A DNA stretch of 62,710 nt from Thermoanaerobaculum sp. (GTDB lineage Bacteria > Acidobacteriota > Thermoanaerobaculia > Thermoanaerobaculales > Thermoanaerobaculaceae), in assembly GCA_039793905.1 (NCBI GenBank), contig JBAMMG010000010.1, positions 1-62,710 on the forward strand, in the 5' to 3' direction. The translations under genes were made by a program, and so were the position numbers. How positions within the stretch are numbered: the stretch's first letter is position 1; each line of letters begins with the position of its first letter. Positions 11,180-21,359 of the stretch are shown in pieces. Under the pieces are notes generated by a model. It searched no databases, was not told the origin of the DNA, and worked only from the letters and a program-made list of their open reading frames with translations.

Positions 11180-12442
11180 CTACCCTTCCCCCAGGAGCGG
11201 CGCCAGCACCTGCTCCACCGCTCGCTCCCTGCGAAGGATACCGCGAATCTTGGCGAGACCCCCGCGCTTGGCCAGGTTGCCCTTGAGCTCGGAAAAAGGA
11301 ACGCCGCTTTCCTGGGCGTCCCGGCGCACGGCGGCATCCACCTCCTGGTCATCAACCTCCACCCCAAGCGCGTCCGCCAGCCGGTCCAGAAGAAGCTCCT
11401 CCCGCAGGCGGGCTTCCACCGACTCCCGGAGTTGGGGAGCAAGCTTTTCCCAGTTGAGGTGCTCGACGTCCACGCCCCGCCGCGCCAGGGACTCGGCGTA
11501 GCGAACAGCTGCTTTTTGCGTCTCCTCCTCCACCACCCGCTCGGGTAGGGGCAACGGCGAACCCCCACCAAGGTAGTCAACCAAGGCCATGCGGAAGACT
11601 TTGAACCGATCGCGCATCTTGGCTTGGCGGAGAGCTTGGCGCGCCCTTTCCCGGAGCCCGTCGAGGCCCCCCTCCACTCCGAGCTGGGTCGCAAGCTCGT
11701 CGTTGAGTTCCGGCACCACCTTGCGGCGCAGCCCTTTGACCTTGAGCTTGTACTCCACGGGAACGGTCCGATCCTCCCCTTCCCGGCTCACGTGGCGCAC
11801 CGCCGTCGCCTCGCCTCCAACCTCCAAGCCCCGCACCGCGGCCTCGATTTCCGGGTAAACCTCCCCGGCGCCGAGGCGAAAGATAGCCAACTCCTCCCGG
11901 AACGGATCCCCACCCCCTTCGGGAAAAACCCCTTCCACTTCCGCTTCCACCAGCATCCCGTCCTCGGCTTGGGCCCCTTCCACCCCTTGCCAGCTAGCCT
12001 GCCGCTCAGCGAGACCCTGGAGGAAATCGTCCACCTCCTCCTCGGTGGGTTCCACAGCGAACTTGGGGGGGTTGAACTCGGAAAGGGGTGGCAAGCTCAC
12101 GTCGGGGTACACCTCGAACTCGGCGGTAAAGGCAAAGCTCCCATCCTCGCCCCAGCGGGCCTCCATGACCCCCAAGGGCCCCGCCACCTTGAGGTTTTCT
12201 TTGGCTACCACCTCGTCCCAAACCTTGCGGAGGAGATCCTCTTGGGTCCGTTCCCGGATGTCCTCGGCAAACTTCCGGGCAACGAGGGCAAGAGGAGCCT
12301 TTCCCGGGCGAAACCCAGGAATCTTGGCGTGGGCCGCGAAGGCCTCAGTCACGCGTTGCCTTTGGTCTTGAGCTTCCTGGGCGGGCACGGTCGCTTTGAG
12401 CCTTACCAGGCATGGGGACGGTTTCTCGATTTCGTAGGTCAT
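11180..12442 (-). CDS. tig: Trigger factor
   Basis: [10 protein letters not shown] signature; position between tRNA-Leu and clpP. Start re-called to ATG 12442 because the ORF-track extension runs into the tRNA. Confidence 0.93.
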   Translation of the reverse strand: MTYEIEKPSPCLVRLKATVPAQEAQDQRQRVTEAFAAHAKIPGFRPGKAPLALVARKFAEDIRERTQEDLLRKVWDEVVAKENLKVAGPLGVMEARWGEDGSFAFTAEFEVYPDVSLPPLSEFNPPKFAVEPTEEEVDDFLQGLAERQASWQGVEGAQAEDGMLVEAEVEGVFPEGGGDPFREELAIFRLGAGEVYPEIEAAVRGLEVGGEATAVRHVSREGEDRTVPVEYKLKVKGLRRKVVPELNDELATQLGVEGGLDGLRERARQALRQAKMRDRFKVFRMALVDYLGGGSPLPLPERVVEEETQKAAVRYAESLARRGVDVEHLNWEKLAPQLRESVEARLREELLLDRLADALGVEVDDQEVDAAVRRDAQESGVPFSELKGNLAKRGGLAKIRGILRRERAVEQVLAPLLGEG

Positions 12443-12453
12443 GGGAATCCTCT

Positions 12454-12539
12454 TGGTGCGAAAGGGGGGACTCGAACCCCCACGGGTGGCTCCCACGAGA
12501 TCCTAAGTCTCGCGCGTCTACCAGTTCCGCCACTTTCGC
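12454..12539 (-). tRNA. tRNA-Leu (anticodon TAG)
   Basis: GCGAAAG acceptor stem, GCGGAACTGGTAGACGC D arm, CTTAGGA anticodon loop, long variable arm, GGTTCGAGTCC and encoded CCA. Confidence 0.97.
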
Positions 12540-12550
12540 GGGCGTACAGT

Positions 12551-12626
12551 TGGTGAGCCGCGTAGGAGTCGAACCTACAACCTAGGGATTAAGAGTCCCT
12601 TGCTCTGCCAGTTGAGCTAGCGGCCC
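12551..12626 (-). tRNA. tRNA-Lys (anticodon CTT)
   Basis: 76 nt: GGGCCGC..TAGCTCAACTGGCAGAGC, AGGGA-CTCTTAA-TCCCT, GGTTCGACTCC and CCA. Confidence 0.97.
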
Positions 12627-13571
12627 ACCGCCAGGTGGAATAGTACCTATCTTCCTCCCGTCCTGCAAGCCCCCAGCAAGAAGCGTTTCCGCTGTGGCCA
12701 GGACCGCTTCCGGGGGAAGCCCTTTCCAACCTCGAGTGGCAAACCCCCGCGCCATCAGCACCGTACCCCTGGCCGGAGCCGTTCGCTCGGGGTCCGTGGG
12801 GCCGAAGAGGGCAAGGGTAGGGCAGCCCACCGCCGAGGCCAAGTGGGTAAGACCGGAGTCGTTACCGATGGCGAGGGAAAAGCCGGCCAAAGCCGCCGCC
12901 ACCTCGTCCAAGCTCGCGCTGGGGGGGAAAAGCTCCAGGCCCCCTCGATCGGAAAGCGCTTTCCCCAACTCGACCTCGCGGGGGCCCACGAAAACCGTCA
13001 CGCCGTACCCAGCCCTCGCAAGCCCTCGCGCCACATGAAGGTACCCCTCAGCAGGGTAGCGCTTGGCCGCAACCATGGAACCAGGCAAAAGCGCCACACG
13101 CACCTTGGGCCCACCGGTTTGCCGTACCAAGGGCAAGCGCCCCGGCTCCCCGTTGACCGGTGCGAGGCCCATGCGCGTGAGGGCGTGATCGAAGTCGTGG
13201 CGCTGATGGCACTGGCGATCCACGGGAAACGTGGCAAGCCCCAAAAGCCCGGCCCCTCTCCCTCGGCTCGCCCACCGCTCCGCGCCTGGCACCGCCGCCA
13301 CCAGCAACTTCGCCCGCGTCGAGTGGCGGAAAGTCAAAACCACATCGAAGCCCCGCAAGCGGCGGCCAAAACCAGCGGCAGCGCGCCGCGGGCGGGGCAC
13401 AGCCTCCACCGCAAAAAAACGTGCCAGGGGGAGGTGGCCCGGGGGGACCAGCCAGGTGGTCGCACCATGGCGGTTGGCGGCAAGCAAAACCTCCAGGGCC
13501 GGCAACGCGTGAACGAAGTCCCCCAGCCAGTTGGGAAAGTCCAGAAGCAGTCGGCACGGGAAACGGCTCAC
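12582..13571 (-). CDS. Glycosyltransferase family 9 (LPS heptosyltransferase-like)
   Basis: PNWLGD, AKRYP, GNDSGLTHLA and LFGPT motifs. Confidence 0.9.
   Translation of the reverse strand: MSRFPCRLLLDFPNWLGDFVHALPALEVLLAANRHGATTWLVPPGHLPLARFFAVEAVPRPRRAAAGFGRRLRGFDVVLTFRHSTRAKLLVAAVPGAERWASRGRGAGLLGLATFPVDRQCHQRHDFDHALTRMGLAPVNGEPGRLPLVRQTGGPKVRVALLPGSMVAAKRYPAEGYLHVARGLARAGYGVTVFVGPREVELGKALSDRGGLELFPPSASLDEVAAALAGFSLAIGNDSGLTHLASAVGCPTLALFGPTDPERTAPARGTVLMARGFATRGWKGLPPEAVLATAETLLAGGLQDGRKIGTIPPGGGPLAQLAEQGTLNP
12640..12668 (-). promoter_or_regulatory. sigma70-type promoter for tRNA-Lys/tRNA-Leu/tig
   Basis: TTGCAG-17 nt-TACTAT ending 13 nt upstream of tRNA-Lys. Confidence 0.7.
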
Positions 13572-13574
13572 ACC

Positions 13575-14348
13575 TCACTTTACGGAGCCGGCGCCTGGGC
13601 TGTCCATCCCCGCGGCCACCGTCGCCCATTTGAGGAACGTGCCATAGGCTGCGAGAACGGCGAGCACAAGCCCTACCGAGCCGTCCAAAAAACCCAAGCG
13701 CAAAACGTACGACCGCACAAACCGCCACTCCGCCCGGGCCACAGCTAGGGGCAGGCTGCACCGCTTCCCTTCCGCCATGGCTTGGGAGGCCCCGCGAAGG
13801 GCGTAATCCACCACCTTCGGAAGATACTGGCGAAAAGAGCGAAACGTGAGGTGGTCCAGGTGGCCCTCGAGCTTGCCCACCCTTCCGGCTTCCGCCACCC
13901 CGTGGACCTCCCGTTCCGAAAACCAAACCACCCCTCGCCGCACCACCCGCACAACCCAGTCCCATCCCCAGTCCCCAAAGCGCACGGGCTGGCCTAAAGC
14001 CCAGTTCACCCGGCGTACGGCAAAGGCATCCTCCTGCGCGGAAGGGAGCCGCGCCGCAAGGGCCGAAGCGAGGCGAGGGGCCACTCGCTCGTCGGCGTCC
14101 AGCACCAGGACCCAAGGCATCCGGCACTCCTTGAGGCCAACGTTGATTTGCTGGGCTGAAGACAGAAAGGGATGGCGCAGAACTCTGGCCCCACTGGCTC
14201 GCGCCACGGTCTCGGTGCCATCGGTGGAAGCTTCGTCCACCACCACCACCACCTCCGACGCCAGCCCGGCCACGGAAGCCAAGGCGCCGGGGAGCATCTC
14301 CTCCTCGTTTTTCGCGGTAATGAGCACCGAAAGCTCCAAAGCTCCCAC
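13575..14348 (-). CDS. Glycosyltransferase family 2 (WaaE/KdtX-like LPS core)
   Basis: ITAKNEE, LDADE, VHG, HLTFRS and FVRSYVLRLGFLDG. Confidence 0.88.
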   Translation of the reverse strand: MGALELSVLITAKNEEEMLPGALASVAGLASEVVVVVDEASTDGTETVARASGARVLRHPFLSSAQQINVGLKECRMPWVLVLDADERVAPRLASALAARLPSAQEDAFAVRRVNWALGQPVRFGDWGWDWVVRVVRRGVVWFSEREVHGVAEAGRVGKLEGHLDHLTFRSFRQYLPKVVDYALRGASQAMAEGKRCSLPLAVARAEWRFVRSYVLRLGFLDGSVGLVLAVLAAYGTFLKWATVAAGMDSPGAGSVK

Positions 14349-14350
14349 CT

Positions 14351-15142
14351 TTAAGCCTCCTTTTCCCGCCGAAAGACCCGGGAAATCCCCAAAGCTTTGC
14401 CGCTTTCCGGGTCTACCTCCACGACTACCGCGGCCAGGGCCCCCCCTTGGGTGGCTGGCTCCAGGGACCGAGGGGTGGCGAAAAGGAAGCGCTCCAAAAC
14501 CTCCTTGGGCTTGAACCCGATGATCCCGTCGTAGGGCCCGGTCATCCCCACGTCCGTGAGGTACGCGGTGCCTTGGGGAAGGATGCGCTCATCGGCCGTG
14601 GGGACGTGGGTGTGGGTTCCCAACACGGCGCTCACCCGCCCGTCCAGATACCAGCCCATGGCTTGCTTTTCCGAGGTGGCTTCGGCATGCATATCCACGA
14701 TGACAACCTTGACCTCCGGCGGCAAAGCTCCCAGGAGGCGATCGGCGGTGCGGAACGGGGACTCCATGGGGGTCATGAAGGTGAGCCCTTGAAGGTTCAA
14801 CACCGCCACCGGCACCCCGTTCTTCCGCGCCGTCACCACGCACACGCCACGCCCCGGGTTGCCATCGGGGTAATTGGCGGGGCGAAGGAGGCGTGGCTCC
14901 CGGTCGAGAATCGCGGCGGTTTCCTTCTTGTCCCAGATGTGGTTGCCGGAAGTGAAGACGTCCACGGGCAGCGCCGCGAGCTCCGCCCACACATCGGGCG
15001 TAAGGCCGAACCCCCCGGCGGCGTTTTCCACGTTCACCACCACGAAATCCGGACTCACCTCGGCCAGAACTTTGGGCAGGAGCTGTTTGAGCGCCCTCCT
15101 CCCCACCTTCCCCACCACGTCCCCCACGAACAGGACCCTCAT
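14351..15142 (-). CDS. ymdB: YmdB-family metallophosphoesterase
   Basis: GDVVG, NVENAAGG, TSGNH, DMHAEATSEK, GTHTHV and TDVGMTG. Confidence 0.93.
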   Translation of the reverse strand: MRVLFVGDVVGKVGRRALKQLLPKVLAEVSPDFVVVNVENAAGGFGLTPDVWAELAALPVDVFTSGNHIWDKKETAAILDREPRLLRPANYPDGNPGRGVCVVTARKNGVPVAVLNLQGLTFMTPMESPFRTADRLLGALPPEVKVVIVDMHAEATSEKQAMGWYLDGRVSAVLGTHTHVPTADERILPQGTAYLTDVGMTGPYDGIIGFKPKEVLERFLFATPRSLEPATQGGALAAVVVEVDPESGKALGISRVFRREKEA

Positions 15143-15196
15143 GGCACCTCCGGCCTTAGGTTACCCTAGGTGGCCCGCCAACATTCTGGTCACGTC

Positions 15197-15224
15197 TTGA
15201 CAAAGTGATTCTCACCGCAATAAT
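15197..15224 (+). promoter_or_regulatory. Putative sigma70 promoter of the Rieske/cyt b operon
   Basis: Perfect TTGACA followed after 16 nt by AATAAT. Confidence 0.5.
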
Positions 15225-15252
15225 GAAAGTAGCTTTGAAGCTGGGGGGGACG

Positions 15253-15696
15253 ATGGCTTCAGAAAGCAAGGTTACGCGCAAGGGCTTTATCAACTGGCTT
15301 TTGGGGACGTCCCTCGGGGCTACGGTAGTGGCGGCTCTTTACCCGGTGTTCCGCTACGTGCTACCCCCGGAAGTTGCCGAGGCCCCCACCAACCGGGTCC
15401 TCGCCGGGAAGCTGTCGGAACTGCCGCCCAACACGGGCAAGATCTTCCGCTTTGGTGCCAAGCCAGGAATTCTCGTTCGAACTCCCGGGGGCGAGGTGCG
15501 GGCCTTTTCCGCCATTTGTACCCACCTCAACTGCACCGTGCAGTACCGCGCGGACTTCCAGCACATCTGGTGCGCGTGCCACAACGGCCATTACGACCTG
15601 CAGGGCAAGAACATTCAGGGCCCCCCTCCACGGCCCTTGGAAACCTTCAAGGTGGACATCGTTGGCGACGACATTTACGTGACCCGGGGGGCGTGA
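15253..15696 (+). CDS. Rieske 2Fe-2S subunit of menaquinol:cytochrome c oxidoreductase
   Basis: CTHLNC and CACHNGHY boxes, GPPPRPL, N-terminal TRKGFI Tat-like motif plus TM. Start re-called to ATG 15253. Confidence 0.92.
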   Translation: MASESKVTRKGFINWLLGTSLGATVVAALYPVFRYVLPPEVAEAPTNRVLAGKLSELPPNTGKIFRFGAKPGILVRTPGGEVRAFSAICTHLNCTVQYRADFQHIWCACHNGHYDLQGKNIQGPPPRPLETFKVDIVGDDIYVTRGA

Positions 15697-15700
15697 CGCC

Positions 15701-16771
15701 ATGAAGCTCGCCGAAAAGCTTTGGAAAGCCTTGGACGAACGCTACGACTTGGCACCGCTATTGGCTTTTGCCAAAGAAAAAGCGGTGCCCCGTCACCGCC
15801 ACGACTGGATGTACTACTTTGGCGGGCTGACGCTGTTTTTCTTTATGATCCAGGTAGCCACCGGCATTCTCCTGCTCCTCTACTACCGCCCCACGGCTGA
15901 AGCCGCCTTCGAGAGCGTGCAGTTCATCATGACCCGGGTCCCCTTCGGGTGGCTCATCCGCTCCATCCACTCCTGGTCCGCCAACCTCATGATCGCCTCG
16001 GCGTTTGTTCACATGTTCACGGTTTACTTCGCCGGCGCCTACGTCAAACCCCGGGAGCTCACCTGGTGGACTGGAGCGGCCCTTCTGCTTCTCGCCCTTG
16101 GTTTCGGCTTTTCCGGTTACCTCTTGCCCTGGAACGAGTTGGCCTTTTTCGCCACCCGTGTAGGCACGGACATGGTGTCCAAGGTGCCCCTCATCGGCCA
16201 CTGGCTCTTGCGGGTCTTGCGCGGCGGTGAGGACGTCACCGGCGCCACGCTCACGCGGTTCTTCGGCATCCACGTGGCGGTGCTCCCCATGATTTCCACC
16301 TTTCTCATCCTGCTGCACCTCGCCTTCATCCAGCGCCAGGGGATGCACGAGCCCGAAGGCGAAGCCAAGCTTCCGCCTCGCCCGTTTTTCCCCAACTTCG
16401 TCCTGCGGGAGTTCATGGTTTGGCTCGTGGGCTTGGCAGCCCTCGCGGCGTTAGCAGCCTTCTTCCCGTGGGAGCTGGGCACCAAGGCGGACCCCTTTGC
16501 TCCCGCCCCTGCTGGCATCAAGCCCGAGTGGTACTTCCTGTTCATGTTCGAAACGCTCAAGCTCTTGCCGGCGGAGGTTTTGGGGATCGAAGGCGAGATC
16601 CTGGGCCTGGCAGCCTTTACCGTTGGGGGGCTTTTCTGGTTTTTGGCCCCCCTTTGGGATAGGAAGCGAGCCAGGGGCGAAAAAAACCCGTTCGCGCTCA
16701 TCGTCGGCTGGGGTGTCGTGCTTTACATCGCTTCTTTTACGGCGCTTTCGTACCTGGGGGTGTTCAAATGA
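15701..16771 (+). CDS. Cytochrome b (unsplit b6 + subunit IV type)
   Basis: Four heme His (IHSW..VHMF; IHV..LHL), PRELTW, GYLLPW and KPEWY Qo motif. Confidence 0.93.
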   Translation: MKLAEKLWKALDERYDLAPLLAFAKEKAVPRHRHDWMYYFGGLTLFFFMIQVATGILLLLYYRPTAEAAFESVQFIMTRVPFGWLIRSIHSWSANLMIASAFVHMFTVYFAGAYVKPRELTWWTGAALLLLALGFGFSGYLLPWNELAFFATRVGTDMVSKVPLIGHWLLRVLRGGEDVTGATLTRFFGIHVAVLPMISTFLILLHLAFIQRQGMHEPEGEAKLPPRPFFPNFVLREFMVWLVGLAALAALAAFFPWELGTKADPFAPAPAGIKPEWYFLFMFETLKLLPAEVLGIEGEILGLAAFTVGGLFWFLAPLWDRKRARGEKNPFALIVGWGVVLYIASFTALSYLGVFK

Positions 16772-18039
16772 AGGCGTTGGTGGTTTTGGGAGTGACGCTT
16801 GCGGCAAGCTCAGGAGTGGCAGCGCCTCCTTCGCGGGTTTTGGGGATTCCTGGGAAGCCCGCCTCGGATCAGTGCACGGCCTGCCACCAAGCCCTCGACG
16901 AGCCCAGGCTCCAAAAGCCCGCGGTGCTCGCCACCGACGACATTCACTACCGCCAAGGGATCACGTGCGCCGGCTGCCACGGGGGCGACCCTCAAGCCGA
17001 GGACCCGGAAGCGGCCATGGACCCCAAAAAGGGGTTCATGGGCAAGATCCCGCCTCAAAAGGTTCCCGAAGTTTGCGGGAGTTGCCACAGCGACGCGAGC
17101 TTCATGCTGCGCTACGCCCCCAACATCCCCACCGACCAGCTGGCCCAGTACCGGACCTCCAAACACGGTTTGGCCTTGGCCAAGGGGGACACCAAGGTGG
17201 CCACCTGCGCTTCCTGTCACGGCGCCCACGGGGTGCTCCCAGCCAGCGACGCCCGTTCGCCCGTTTACGCTAGTCGCATCGTGGAAACCTGCGGGCGCTG
17301 CCACGGCGACCCCTCGCTCATGAAGCCGTACGGCATTTCCGGCAAGGAAATCGAGGACTACAAGCAGTCCGTCCACTACCAGGCCCTGGTGGTCAAGAAC
17401 GACCTTTCGGCCCCTACCTGCAACGATTGCCACGGCTCCCACGGGGCGACCCCGCCGGGGATTTCCTCGGTGTCCAACGTGTGCGGCACCTGCCACCTCA
17501 CCCAGAGGGAAGCCTTCGATTCTTCCCCCCACAAAGACGCTTTTGCAGCCATGGAGCAGCCGGCATGCGAAGCCTGCCACTCCAACCACAAAATTTTGCC
17601 CCCGAAAGACGAGTGGATTGGCGTTGGGGAAGGCCAGGTTTGCGGTACCTGCCACAGCTCTGGAGACCGCGGTGCCGAGGCCGCCCAGGCGATCTTCGCC
17701 AGCTTGAACGGTACCGTTCAGCGCCTGGCCGCAGCCCGAGAGCGGGTGGAGCGGGCGGAGCGCCGCGGCATGCTCATGGACGAGGCCCTCGTAAAGCTCG
17801 AGGAGGCCCATCAGAGCTTGGTGCTGGCCCGTAACGAGGTCCACACCGTGGATCCCCAGCGGGTAGCTGCTAAGACCTCGGAAGCTGGCGGCGCTGTCGC
17901 CAAAGCCGAAAAGGATGCGGAAGCGGCCGAAGCCGAGCTGCGCTTCCGCCACAACGGCTTCAAGGTCTCGCTGCTCGTCATCCTCTTAACCGTCGTGGCG
18001 CTGGGTGCGAAGATTCGGGAAATCGAGCGCCGCTCTTAA
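16768..18039 (+). CDS. Nine-heme cytochrome c with signal peptide, helical stalk and C-terminal membrane anchor
   Basis: Nine CxxCH motifs counted (CTACH, CAGCH, CGSCH, CASCH, CGRCH, CNDCH, CGTCH, CEACH, CGTCH); ATGA overlap with cyt b. Confidence 0.9.
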   Translation: MKALVVLGVTLAASSGVAAPPSRVLGIPGKPASDQCTACHQALDEPRLQKPAVLATDDIHYRQGITCAGCHGGDPQAEDPEAAMDPKKGFMGKIPPQKVPEVCGSCHSDASFMLRYAPNIPTDQLAQYRTSKHGLALAKGDTKVATCASCHGAHGVLPASDARSPVYASRIVETCGRCHGDPSLMKPYGISGKEIEDYKQSVHYQALVVKNDLSAPTCNDCHGSHGATPPGISSVSNVCGTCHLTQREAFDSSPHKDAFAAMEQPACEACHSNHKILPPKDEWIGVGEGQVCGTCHSSGDRGAEAAQAIFASLNGTVQRLAAARERVERAERRGMLMDEALVKLEEAHQSLVLARNEVHTVDPQRVAAKTSEAGGAVAKAEKDAEAAEAELRFRHNGFKVSLLVILLTVVALGAKIREIERRS

Positions 18040-19091
18040 TGAGCGTCCCGCAGCTTCGGGGAGGCCGGTACCTCGGGCGCGGCCATGCCTCCGACGTGGG
18101 TGTACAGCGGCGAGTGAATCTGGGGGATACGCCGCGCGTACTCGGCTTCCGAAACCGCACCTCGCCAATGACCCGTCGCCCGGAACGCCAGGGTCACGGC
18201 GAAATACACCGCAAACGCCAAAAGCACACCGTGGGCGGGCCGCAGGGGAAAACCCTTGGGTGCTTGCAACCGCAGGCAGGAGGCCACGGGGCAAACGGCC
18301 ACGCAGTCCTGGCACCCCGTGCATTCCACCGAGCGCACGCGGTCGAGGGTGTGCACCGGGAGGCGGGCCGGGCACACCTTGGTGCACAGCCGGCAGTCGG
18401 TGCAGGTGTCGCGCTTGCGGGTGATTTTCCACGGCGCCAAAAGGCCGAAAAGACCCACAAGCGCGCCGTAAGGGCAAAAGAACCGGCACCAAAAGTCCCG
18501 CACCAGCACCGAGCCCACCACGAGCACGCCGAGGACCGCAACGGTGAGCCGCGATGGCTCGGCAAAAAACAGCAGCATCTTGACGTCGGCCACGCGGTTG
18601 TAGGGGCTGTCCAAGAATCGCCGCACCTGCTCCAGGCTCATGGAAAACCATGTTGCCCACACGAAAAAGGCCAAGAGCACCCACTTTACCCCTCGCAAGG
18701 GCACATCCACCCAGCGCGGCAGCTCCCAGGTTTGACCCAAAAGCCTCCGCCCCAACCGGCCCAGCCACTCGGAAAGCGCTCCCACGGGGCACAGGTGGGA
18801 ACAGAAGGAGCGCGCAACGGTGGCACTCATGAGCAAAGCCCCAAGGAGAATGGCCAAGCCCGCCGGGTGGACCGGATGGACCCCACCACCGGCTAGGCAC
18901 AGGCGCAGGGACATGAGGGCCGAAATGGGGAGGAAACCCTCCACACCGGGTGGCCGGGCCACGGCCGGCGCCTCCCCCCGGAGGTGAGCAAAGGCCCAAA
19001 GGGTAAAGAGCGTGCCGACGAAAACCGTCCAAACTAAGAAAGCCCCTTGCCAGAGTCGGCGCGCGGGAACCACAGGTACGCGCTTCGGCAT
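18036..19091 (-). CDS. Membrane-bound polyferredoxin (NapH/YccM-like 4Fe-4S binding protein)
   Basis: CSHLCP and CRFFCP motifs plus two CxxCxxCxxxCP; several TM helices. Start is 19091 or 19136. Confidence 0.85.
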   Translation of the reverse strand: MPKRVPVVPARRLWQGAFLVWTVFVGTLFTLWAFAHLRGEAPAVARPPGVEGFLPISALMSLRLCLAGGGVHPVHPAGLAILLGALLMSATVARSFCSHLCPVGALSEWLGRLGRRLLGQTWELPRWVDVPLRGVKWVLLAFFVWATWFSMSLEQVRRFLDSPYNRVADVKMLLFFAEPSRLTVAVLGVLVVGSVLVRDFWCRFFCPYGALVGLFGLLAPWKITRKRDTCTDCRLCTKVCPARLPVHTLDRVRSVECTGCQDCVAVCPVASCLRLQAPKGFPLRPAHGVLLAFAVYFAVTLAFRATGHWRGAVSEAEYARRIPQIHSPLYTHVGGMAAPEVPASPKLRDAH

Positions 19092-19155
19092 AGACCCTCC
19101 GCTACCCAGGCTCGCCCCGGAGGAGCGGTTTTTCATTGCGCTGGCGCAAACAGGA

Positions 19156-20415
19156 TCAGCCGGTTTCGAAGCGCGACCAGGAAAAACGGTCGACGATGAG
19201 CGCCGTCACTAGGTCCCCAGTGACGTTGAGGGTGGTGCGGCACATGTCCAAGAACCGGTCCACCCCCAGCACCACGGCAATCCCCTCCGGCGGCACCCCA
19301 ACCGTGGCCAGCACCATCATCAAGAGGGGTATGGAGCCCCCAGGCACGCCAGCGGTGCCAATGGCCGTGACGACCGCCATGAGCACCACGAGAACCTGCG
19401 CCGAAAGGGAAAGCGGCACGCCAAAAACCTGGGCCAGAAAAAGCACCGTCGCGCCCTCGAAAAGCGCCGTGCCGTTCATGTTGAGGGTCGCTCCCAGGGG
19501 CAGCACGAACCCCGCCACCTCGCGGGAAACCGCGAGCTCCTCTTGAGCGACCCGCATGGTGGTAGGGAGGGTGGCGTTGGAAGAAGACGTGGAAAACGCC
19601 GTCAGCATGACCAGGCGGATACGCCGGAGGAAATCCAGGGGATCGCGCCGCGCCACCAGCTTCACCACCAGGGGGTAGACCACGAACTGGAAAAGGGCCA
19701 GCGCCAAAACCGCGGTGAGAACGAAGGAGGAAAGGGTGAGGAGAAGCCGCCAGCCAAAGCGGGCCGCGACCGAAAAGATCAAACAAAAAACCCCCACAGG
19801 TGCCACCTTCATGACCAAACCAATGATGGCCACAGTGGTGTGGGCGAGACTTTCCAAAAACGACGCCAAGGCTTGCGCTTTTTCTCCGGCCACCGCCATC
19901 CCCAGCCCCAGGAAAAGCGAAAACACGATGACCGCCAGCATGTCCCCGGAAGCGGCGGCCTGGACAGGGTTGCGGGGCACAAGCTTGACGACCAAATCCG
20001 GCCACAAGCTGGAGGGCGCCGGTGCCGCGGCCTGGCGGAGCTCCCCGGCGTAGGTGGCCAAAAGCTCTTCCTTAACCGGCTGGGGAAGGGACCCTCCCGG
20101 TCGCGCCACGTTCATGGCTACGATCCCCAGCGTAGTGGACGCCGCCGTCAGGACCACGAAGGACGTCAGGGCCAGGGCCCCGAGACGCCCCACCTCCTGC
20201 AGGCTTCCCAAAGCCGCAACTCCCGTGGCCAGGGTGGAAAGGACCAGGGGGATCACCACCATGATGAGGGCCGCCAGCCACATGCGCCCCAAAGGCTCCG
20301 TGAGGTTGGCCACCGCCCAGCTGAGGGCGGGGCGCCTGCCGGCGACGGCCTGCATGAGCATGCCGGAAGCTGCTCCCACCACGAGGGCCGTAAGGATGCG
20401 GTTGGGAAGGCTCAA
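19156..20415 (-). CDS. Dicarboxylate/amino acid:cation symporter (GltP/GltT family)
   Basis: AFSTSSSNATLP, LPLGATLNMNGT, TAGVPGG and DRFLDMCRT. Confidence 0.93.
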   Translation of the reverse strand: MSLPNRILTALVVGAASGMLMQAVAGRRPALSWAVANLTEPLGRMWLAALIMVVIPLVLSTLATGVAALGSLQEVGRLGALALTSFVVLTAASTTLGIVAMNVARPGGSLPQPVKEELLATYAGELRQAAAPAPSSLWPDLVVKLVPRNPVQAAASGDMLAVIVFSLFLGLGMAVAGEKAQALASFLESLAHTTVAIIGLVMKVAPVGVFCLIFSVAARFGWRLLLTLSSFVLTAVLALALFQFVVYPLVVKLVARRDPLDFLRRIRLVMLTAFSTSSSNATLPTTMRVAQEELAVSREVAGFVLPLGATLNMNGTALFEGATVLFLAQVFGVPLSLSAQVLVVLMAVVTAIGTAGVPGGSIPLLMMVLATVGVPPEGIAVVLGVDRFLDMCRTTLNVTGDLVTALIVDRFSWSRFETG

Positions 20416-20423
20416 GGGGCCTC

Positions 20424-21341
20424 CTAGAATCGGTACATGCCCGCGGCGAGTTCCGACCGCAGCTTCAGGTAGGAGGCGTAACGGCGGGCGGAAAGCTTGC
20501 CCTCCTCCGCAGCTCGCCGCACCGCGCAGTCCGGTTCGCGGTCGTGGCTACAGTTGGAAAAGGCGCACGAAACGGCCGAGGCCGCAATGTCTGGAAAGCA
20601 TGCGGCGAGATGCTCGGGTTGCAAGTCCCAAAGGCCAAACTCCCGGATCCCCGGGGTGTCGACCACGAAACCCCCGCCCGGCAGAGGCAAGAGCTGGGCC
20701 GTGGTGGTGGTGTGGCGCCCCTTACCCGTGGCTTCGGAAATGGAGCCCTCCTGCAGCTTGTAACCCGGGTGGATGGCGTTGAGAAGCGCCGATTTTCCCA
20801 CCCCCGAAGGCCCGCAGAAAAGGGTCGTTTTCCCTACAAGCGCCCGCTTGAGGTTGCCCATCCCCCGGGCGGTGCGGGCGGAGGTGAGGTACACCTCATA
20901 GCCGGCGTCCTGGTAGTCGGAAAGCCACGGCTCCACCAGCTCCGTTCCCTGGTCCACCTTGTTGATGCACACGATGGGGCGAATGCCCGCGTGATGGCAC
21001 GCGACCAACAGGCGATCCAACAGGCGGGGGTTCGGCTCGGGGAGCTTGGCGGCCATGACCACCACCGCTTGGTCCACGTTGGCGGCAATGACGCGGGGCC
21101 TCTCTTCCCCGGGGGACTTGCGGGTGAGGGTGGTGGTGCGGGGCAACACCTCGGCGACCACTGCCCCACCCTTTTCCCGGCGAACGACGACTCGGTCCCC
21201 AACGACCAGGCGCCGGTCGGCCGTGTCACCGTGCCAGACCAGCTTGCGACGGAAAGGTACCACGAGGTTTTCGTCCCCCACCTGGACCCGAACCAGGGGG
21301 CCGAAAACCGCGGTCACAACGCCTTCCTGAGCCTCCGCCAC
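20424..21341 (-). CDS. rsgA: Small ribosomal subunit biogenesis GTPase RsgA
   Basis: NKVD, GPSGVGKS, GKGRHTTT, DTPG and CxFxxCxHxxEPxC. Start re-called to GTG 21341 (ORF track 21356). Confidence 0.95.
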   Translation of the reverse strand: MAEAQEGVVTAVFGPLVRVQVGDENLVVPFRRKLVWHGDTADRRLVVGDRVVVRREKGGAVVAEVLPRTTTLTRKSPGEERPRVIAANVDQAVVVMAAKLPEPNPRLLDRLLVACHHAGIRPIVCINKVDQGTELVEPWLSDYQDAGYEVYLTSARTARGMGNLKRALVGKTTLFCGPSGVGKSALLNAIHPGYKLQEGSISEATGKGRHTTTTAQLLPLPGGGFVVDTPGIREFGLWDLQPEHLAACFPDIAASAVSCAFSNCSHDREPDCAVRRAAEEGKLSARRYASYLKLRSELAAGMYRF

Positions 21342-21359
21342 GGCGCCAGTATACACGCC

